NCBI RefSeq assembly: GCF_000002075.1
Contig: NW_004797539.1
Span: 730,829-794,828, forward strand
Length of the DNA stretch: 64,000 nt
Origin: Aplysia californica
Lineage: Eukaryota
Reading direction: 5' to 3'
Below, one piece after another: positions 63,501-64,000 of the stretch. A program made the position numbers and the translations under genes. How positions within the stretch are numbered: position 1 is the first letter of the stretch; every line of letters starts with the position of its first letter. The notes beneath the pieces are model-generated. The model did not search any database. It saw only the letters and a program-made list of their open reading frames with translations, and was not told the origin of the DNA.

Positions 63501-63801
63501 ATCGGGACAAAATCCAAAATCTGGATTTCCCAATTTATGCAGAAAATCGGAAGTTCTCATTATAGTATGTATGTAGTATGAATGCTATTGTAAACCAAAT
63601 TTCCTCTCGCTGGTCAATAAAAATGGGAGTTTCGATAGAAATACAATGAAAAGATTTTATAAAGGAAAAACAAAAGCTGCTAAAACAACCTTGGCAATGG
63701 TGTCATCCAGAAAATCCTTCACAAATTGAAATTGTGGTATGAACCGATTAATGAAGCAGCGCAGGATGTGAAACAAGAGCTCAATGTCATCTGTGTGTTG
63801 T
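13485..63801 (-). CDS. TRRAP: Transformation/transcription domain-associated protein (TRRAP/Tra1), partial gene: 48 exons, HEAT-FAT-pseudokinase-FATC; 5' end lies beyond the window
   Basis: 48 GT-AG exons join in phase (6784 nt); hallmark peptides KQGNKLRRLMTFAWPCL, VASKYEELE, WFRENWYEEVLRQL, RFMPRVEIVQKHNTAARRLYIRG, DLDANRPVPFRLTPNI, NLCRMDPAWHPWL*. Confidence 0.97.
14072..14294. other. Assembly gap (others: 17471-17616, 23667-24482, 27324-27567, 45867-46205)
   Basis: N runs, all inside TRRAP introns; the reading frame is continuous across them. Confidence 0.99.
14596..14701 (-). CDS. TRRAP: TRRAP exon
   Basis: KMEELTPTDEPPDMEGEQLVTLVNKAVSAITTRVQ; GT-AG. Confidence 0.93.
14900..15055 (-). 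mobile_element. Short SINE-like element, subfamily A
   Basis: ttttacagcacttgcaacacaataagg...agattagaggtgttacaagagagtaacaaa...aaagaaggaggggagataa; at least 8 copies in the window. Confidence 0.8.
15088..15284 (-). CDS. TRRAP: TRRAP exon (pseudokinase)
   Basis: DLDANRPVPFRLTPNIAEF...DEYISWHKK. Confidence 0.95.
15503..15644 (-). CDS. TRRAP: TRRAP exon (degenerate catalytic loop)
   Basis: LTIQLALMGLAEFVLHLTRMNPDQMYLHQDCGYLSISFFKFDVDDQT. Confidence 0.95.
15710..16280. mobile_element. TIR element (MITE) with apparent 5-bp target duplication
   Basis: ATAAA|CtGTCCTCAGAGAAA ... TTTCTCTGAGGACtG|ATAAA; subterminal aagttgc repeats at both ends. Confidence 0.7.
16733..16948 (-). CDS. TRRAP: TRRAP exon
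   Basis: RTNKRGIEPDAPIARYYERLATVQARG...TDYWTFRKT. Confidence 0.95.
17135..17380 (+). mobile_element. Internally deleted copy of the same SINE
   Basis: ctactcctggatccttactgctgtc...catatgaccatatgctgttgcaagaaccgtaaaac plus A-rich tail. Confidence 0.7.
17986..18910. mobile_element. Non-autonomous piggyBac-like DNA transposon
   Basis: TTAA|CTCACTTgcGACtGG ... CCGTCtgAAGTGAG|TTAA: imperfect TIRs, TTAA on both flanks, CpG-rich interior, no transposase. Confidence 0.7.
19195..19311 (-). CDS. TRRAP: TRRAP exon
   Basis: ETSRRLLYFTVPRVLSVSPQLRLIEDNPASVSLLDIYKQ. Confidence 0.95.
20467..20574 (-). CDS. TRRAP: TRRAP exon
   Basis: EYPYLVVNDGCLIESRREERTLQLLRMLNQFLTKQK. Confidence 0.95.
20728..20850 (-). 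mobile_element. CORE-type SINE fragment
   Basis: attattacccaagcagaccctagaacactctgaaacaatctcaactgcctgggaagc matches 48723-48780. Confidence 0.65.
21414..21521 (-). CDS. TRRAP: TRRAP exon
   Basis: HNHYYVRIARFMPRVEIVQKHNTAARRLYIRGQNGK. Confidence 0.95.
21954..22047 (-). CDS. TRRAP: TRRAP exon
   Basis: SFLIEEKCSVLSNFTANTAEIEMPGEFLLPK. Confidence 0.95.
22787..22876 (-). CDS. TRRAP: TRRAP exon
   Basis: VPGSTKLHNLINKLKKWIKILEAKTKLFP. Confidence 0.95.
23250..23457 (-). CDS. TRRAP: TRRAP exon
   Basis: TDATITPHTLGFIKKLVSTFGVGLENV...QDPVFQKMKSQFTTDFDF. Confidence 0.95.
23576..24526. repeat. (GT)n and (GA)n microsatellites flanking assembly gap 23667-24482
   Basis: Direct reading. Confidence 0.9.
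24904..25003 (-). CDS. TRRAP: TRRAP exon
   Basis: MVWFRENWYEEVLRQLRQGLEKCYGVAFENRAS. Confidence 0.95.
25545..25725 (-). mobile_element. Subfamily A copy
   Basis: Same consensus, with ttgtttgttttagtagaggttttac tail. Confidence 0.8.
25855..26022 (-). mobile_element. Family C SINE copy
   Basis: On -, gtggtataacggttaggctc...gagttcaaattccc. Confidence 0.6.
26517..26740 (-). CDS. TRRAP: TRRAP exon (Ser-rich start)
   Basis: FLSSSTSGSSTPQ...GPIKAPEPMWRCSKIMSIQRDVHPTVLSTLEVIVDQ. Confidence 0.92.
27857..28078 (-). CDS. TRRAP: TRRAP low-complexity exon (222 nt, phase 1-1, possible cassette)
   Basis: ctttcccccacag|AC...G|gtgagc; KKAGIDPSRTATATTTGSTNAPSG...LAAGSVS; GC-rich, open, phase-compatible. Confidence 0.75.
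29308..29397. repeat. 45-bp tandem duplication
   Basis: taagttcctatgtta.gtggtgaa.aataagataacaatga.cga x2. Confidence 0.9.
30221..30369 (-). CDS. TRRAP: TRRAP exon
   Basis: IPQLLTCLVRKEG...YPQAVYFPIRTLYFTLKLEQRER. Confidence 0.95.
31222..31410 (-). CDS. TRRAP: TRRAP exon (FAT)
   Basis: VMETGEGATICYLHACR...RKYLAKAIWLLTYDD...IQWLPW. Confidence 0.94.
31970..32378. repeat. Degenerate minisatellite (agaaacNccaaatct core)
   Basis: Core recurs about 8 times. Confidence 0.65.
32432..32643 (-). CDS. TRRAP: TRRAP exon (FAT)
   Basis: GLDVIEVTNLKFFTKEMMAE...AWALWGDYLETIFTRD. Confidence 0.95.
33057..33168 (-). CDS. TRRAP: TRRAP exon (FAT)
   Basis: IHNITSVPVLDCFQKVRQQVKCYMHMGTSLNKSEFTE. Confidence 0.94.
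34326..34435 (-). CDS. TRRAP: TRRAP exon (FAT)
   Basis: NSNSMLGVHATAQSIIHFGKIARKHGLVGVSLDSLS. Confidence 0.94.
35294..35411 (-). CDS. TRRAP: TRRAP exon (FAT)
   Basis: NRLPMISDDLSHWSDIFTWRQHHYQFIISHFENQQSSDN. Confidence 0.95.
35795..35976 (-). mobile_element. Subfamily A copy with internal 20-bp duplication
   Basis: Same consensus; aaccacacagagcacctgcc x2. Confidence 0.8.
36315..36530 (+). mobile_element. Degenerate tRNA-headed SINE
   Basis: tagctcatttgg (A box), ggatttgaatc (B box), ggacgttaa...ggaggtc Nin-like motif, gcattaaatccc tail. Confidence 0.45.
36632..36750 (-). CDS. TRRAP: TRRAP exon (FAT)
   Basis: AAQMIMELQEAAQINQSLQP...HDMKAIVKTW. Confidence 0.95.
37842..37937 (-). CDS. TRRAP: TRRAP exon (FAT)
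   Basis: IERLVETCGNQVIKEWRRLPSIVGQIHVQYLQ. Confidence 0.93.
39155..39256 (-). CDS. TRRAP: TRRAP exon (FAT)
   Basis: VEGNFKREQQWKINLFRGYLAICNSEEHHLNSQQ. Confidence 0.93.
39732..39867 (-). CDS. TRRAP: TRRAP exon (FAT)
   Basis: CSKEMNQWETLLEYA...LECAWRVPNWPLMKDALGR. Confidence 0.94.
40550..40641 (-). CDS. TRRAP: TRRAP exon
   Basis: VMSKIRMDHNTSPTPREGWMELKLIEECWI. Confidence 0.92.
40981..41139 (-). CDS. TRRAP: TRRAP exon
   Basis: ETMDCLCEIYALLKEEDMFSGLWQKRAKYPET...QHGFFEQAQTTFEG. Confidence 0.95.
41250..41660 (+). mobile_element. Second copy of the Nin/Deu-like SINE
   Basis: ggtccctggttcaaaaccc head; ctactcctggccccttcttactgctgt; gcacgttcaagatccc match the reverse complement of 10033-10539. 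Confidence 0.7.
42391..42537 (-). CDS. TRRAP: TRRAP exon
   Basis: YLARTHNLWHRSCLLLE...YDFEPQPAAPLQ. Confidence 0.94.
43037..43180 (-). CDS. TRRAP: TRRAP exon
   Basis: RLRKELVPFLTSGSHVNQRDCHPSA...CVPPIPIKACGLK. Confidence 0.93.
43220..43362 (-). mobile_element. Subfamily A copy
   Basis: Diverged match to the consensus. Confidence 0.7.
44206..44325 (-). CDS. TRRAP: TRRAP exon
   Basis: TFQYLDSLCQLAHSSTDLAHTTWLDLFPRIWKILNEKQQE. Confidence 0.94.
44370..44645 (+). mobile_element. RTE LINE 3' end fragment
   Basis: LECLEFTGKIEDETCRGRPK resembles the RTE GKIEG.R.RGRP motif; ends in (gat)n tail. Confidence 0.7.
44687..44975 (-). mobile_element. CORE-type SINE copy with internal deletion
   Basis: Collinear with 48650-48990 (gagcctaaccact, cccacctgggtgaagtga, gcattt.tatagcgca). 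Confidence 0.8.
45597..45737 (-). CDS. TRRAP: TRRAP exon
   Basis: DDMDLELTSESG...LINRETKFLETCREVK. Confidence 0.92.
46317..46499 (-). CDS. TRRAP: TRRAP exon
   Basis: LLLGVSVKST...LPSVCSVISMADSQDRADF...VKEEPMDVESVDSAREE. Confidence 0.92.
46690..47190 (-). mobile_element. Decayed RTE (BovB-like) LINE, C-terminal part of RT ORF
   Basis: Hand translation RKSQSIKWQDKIPDTEMLTSADLP...QLHW...HQLPKTLLFDELLQGKHPL*GQKKHFKDCLKASLK with in-frame stops; typical RTE C-terminal motifs. Confidence 0.85.
47754..47864 (-). CDS. TRRAP: TRRAP exon
   Basis: TMEKSIPRKTFDRLLYMACSQNWENMGTYFWVKQALE. Confidence 0.94.
48342..48444 (-). CDS. TRRAP: TRRAP exon
   Basis: DKDLERSDLTTKLENAFLAGLRCNQPHIRQKFLE. Confidence 0.93.
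48650..48990 (-). mobile_element. tRNA-derived CORE-type SINE with L2-like tail
   Basis: On -, GTGGCCTAGTGGTTAGG (A box), GGTTCGAATCCC (B box), TGTGTCCTTGGGAAAGGCACTT...CACCCAGGTG.GAATGGGTACC core, tail GCGCTATACAAATGCTA..(TTA)n. Confidence 0.82.
49520..49662 (-). CDS. TRRAP: TRRAP exon
   Basis: TTIAINQSPSTREKCILLSKLMSNIERRFP...QFLDLVLFIY. Confidence 0.94.
50010..50191 (-). CDS. TRRAP: TRRAP exon
   Basis: GSSELLILSLDLVKNRVGVMSQEMRK...KMVEDWIKNK. Confidence 0.94.
50278..50427 (-). mobile_element. Family C SINE copy
   Basis: aactcatgacttctgcatgtg...agcctaacc shared with ~25960-26000. Confidence 0.55.
50567..50690. mobile_element. piggyBac-like MITE (124 bp)
   Basis: TTAA|CACTTTGCCGcCACA ... 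TGTGaCGGCAAAGTG|TTAA, 14/15 TIR match. Confidence 0.78.
51122..51318 (-). CDS. TRRAP: TRRAP exon
   Basis: NNGGSPSLFSTLMILKSACENNQCYIDRLI...PETEK. Confidence 0.92.
51721..51953 (-). CDS. TRRAP: TRRAP exon
   Basis: KKEMILSSFRPLQRGISVCM...VASKYEELEALY...IYEGLTNYD. Confidence 0.95.
52400..52624 (-). CDS. TRRAP: TRRAP exon
   Basis: VNEAAG...GEMLSKRCVALLKLVLRSDVWPNVDLKLSFFDKLL...LEFLIGIM. Confidence 0.93.
52785..52932 (-). mobile_element. Short SINE-like element, subfamily B (type copy; ~25 copies or fragments across 10558-63395)
   Basis: tttgagtaaaga...gtcatttagtgcagg...acaga...aaagaagta.gacc..c.ctggtaccctccaaccacc; also ~26785-27035, 34735-35260, 37100-37410, 42590-42760, 53125-53235, 53550-53692, 55075-55175, 62435-62566, 63305-63395. 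Confidence 0.75.
53384..53473 (-). CDS. TRRAP: TRRAP exon
   Basis: GGRSQSDVNKPIDKQYCDAVANFLLRFACQ. Confidence 0.93.
54274..54411 (-). CDS. TRRAP: TRRAP exon
   Basis: SPLPDGASSSSGSSG...VKRSMSSVSSPQDPKKSKVAGS. Confidence 0.88.
54933..55037 (-). CDS. TRRAP: TRRAP exon
   Basis: ASLEHRKLAVDLADIIIKWELMRIKEEQDSNAEPQ. Confidence 0.94.
55420..55865. repeat. ~176 bp tandem repeat (~2.5 units) inside a probable DNA transposon or Helentron-type element (~55250-57030)
   Basis: ttttgagacaatatt.gtcata.ctcgc at ~55441 and ~55617; aaacttggca recurs at ~55492, ~55668, ~55842. Confidence 0.7.
57324..57423 (-). CDS. TRRAP: TRRAP exon
   Basis: HLVVFHYKVYYPVRHSLQQHMVNSLQRLGFALS. Confidence 0.94.
57765..57950. 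repeat. 18-bp minisatellite with 36-bp higher-order duplication
   Basis: tgtcaaagaggtatatattgccaaagagacttgtaa x2 plus diverged 18-mers. Confidence 0.85.
58361..58434 (-). CDS. TRRAP: TRRAP exon
   Basis: GMLTHWTKKIIVEEGHSVGQLVHI. Confidence 0.94.
58748..58905 (+). mobile_element. CORE-type SINE 3' fragment
   Basis: gcttcccggg...ggtctgctggggta...gcaattattact is the reverse complement of the 48650 and 44687 tails. Confidence 0.65.
59632..59739 (-). CDS. TRRAP: TRRAP exon
   Basis: VFHSLLKAHAHEAKMVVRQSLEYLTPAMPGRMEDGN. Confidence 0.95.
60746..60899 (-). CDS. TRRAP: TRRAP exon
   Basis: KQGNKLRRLMTFAWPCLVAKNCVDPATKYHGHLLLAHIIAKFAIHKRIVLQ. Confidence 0.96.
61549..61796 (-). CDS. TRRAP: TRRAP exon
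   Basis: ILQYVLVPCFFNSFEKGEG...LLLQFSSLLVEQASSHIHDAAN. Confidence 0.95.
62150..62330 (-). mobile_element. Subfamily A copy (another fragment at 61925-62025)
   Basis: Same consensus. Confidence 0.8.
62808..63031 (-). mobile_element. Longest subfamily A copy
   Basis: Extends to ggcaccctccaaacatcc, the terminal motif shared with subfamily B. Confidence 0.8.
63087..63176 (-). CDS. TRRAP: TRRAP exon
   Basis: TYSADWKRKAFFKFVTVFHDQSWPQELKAK. Confidence 0.93.
63690..63801 (-). CDS. TRRAP: TRRAP exon (most 5' in window)
   Basis: QHTDDIELLFHILRCFINRFIPQFQFVKDFLDDTIAK. Confidence 0.93.
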
Positions 63802-64000
63802 CTGAAAAAAACAAAACAACAACAGAATAACAAAATGTAATGAAACAAAACAAAGATAAGGTATATTTTAATGATCCTCTATTGAAAAAAAAAAATGAAT
63901 TGCGTGCTTTAACTAGCTTTTAGGGACACAAAAATAATACACAGCATTAGATCAATACATATCAATCTTCCTCTACATAACAGGTCAAAGTCATGATGAA

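Noticed and set aside
13485-63801. Non-canonical (U12, GC-AG) introns or intronic snoRNAs
   Set aside because: All traced introns are GT-AG without the GTATCCTT signature. No convincing C/D or H/ACA pairs were seen by eye, though a covariance search was not possible.

Overview
Animal genomic DNA, AT-rich, with five N-gaps, all intronic. The repeat repertoire (Nin/Deu-type and CORE-type tRNA SINEs, RTE LINE fragments) suggests a lophotrochozoan, possibly a mollusc; this is inference. Two genes face each other. (+) The last two coding exons (zinc fingers 2 and 3) of a KLF9/13-like Kruppel-like factor, followed by a probable ~7.5 kb 3' UTR. (-) The 3' part of TRRAP/Tra1, a PIKK pseudokinase: I traced 48 GT-AG exons by hand, in unbroken phase from 63801 to the stop at 13485 (about 2260 codons, ending in FATC ...MDPAWHPWL*). 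The 5' ends of both genes lie outside the window. Main non-routine observations: (1) about a quarter of the TRRAP exons have decaying intronic copies or tandem arrays of their own splice junction or its flank; (2) a ~150 bp two-subfamily SINE-like element has ~30 copies whose orientation follows host transcription and flips where the two genes converge; (3) TRRAP has a ~105 aa Ser/Thr/Ala-rich insertion, partly on a frame-symmetric exon; (4) KLF finger 3 has Lys at the normally invariant Leu. All coordinates were counted by eye, and repeat boundaries are approximate.
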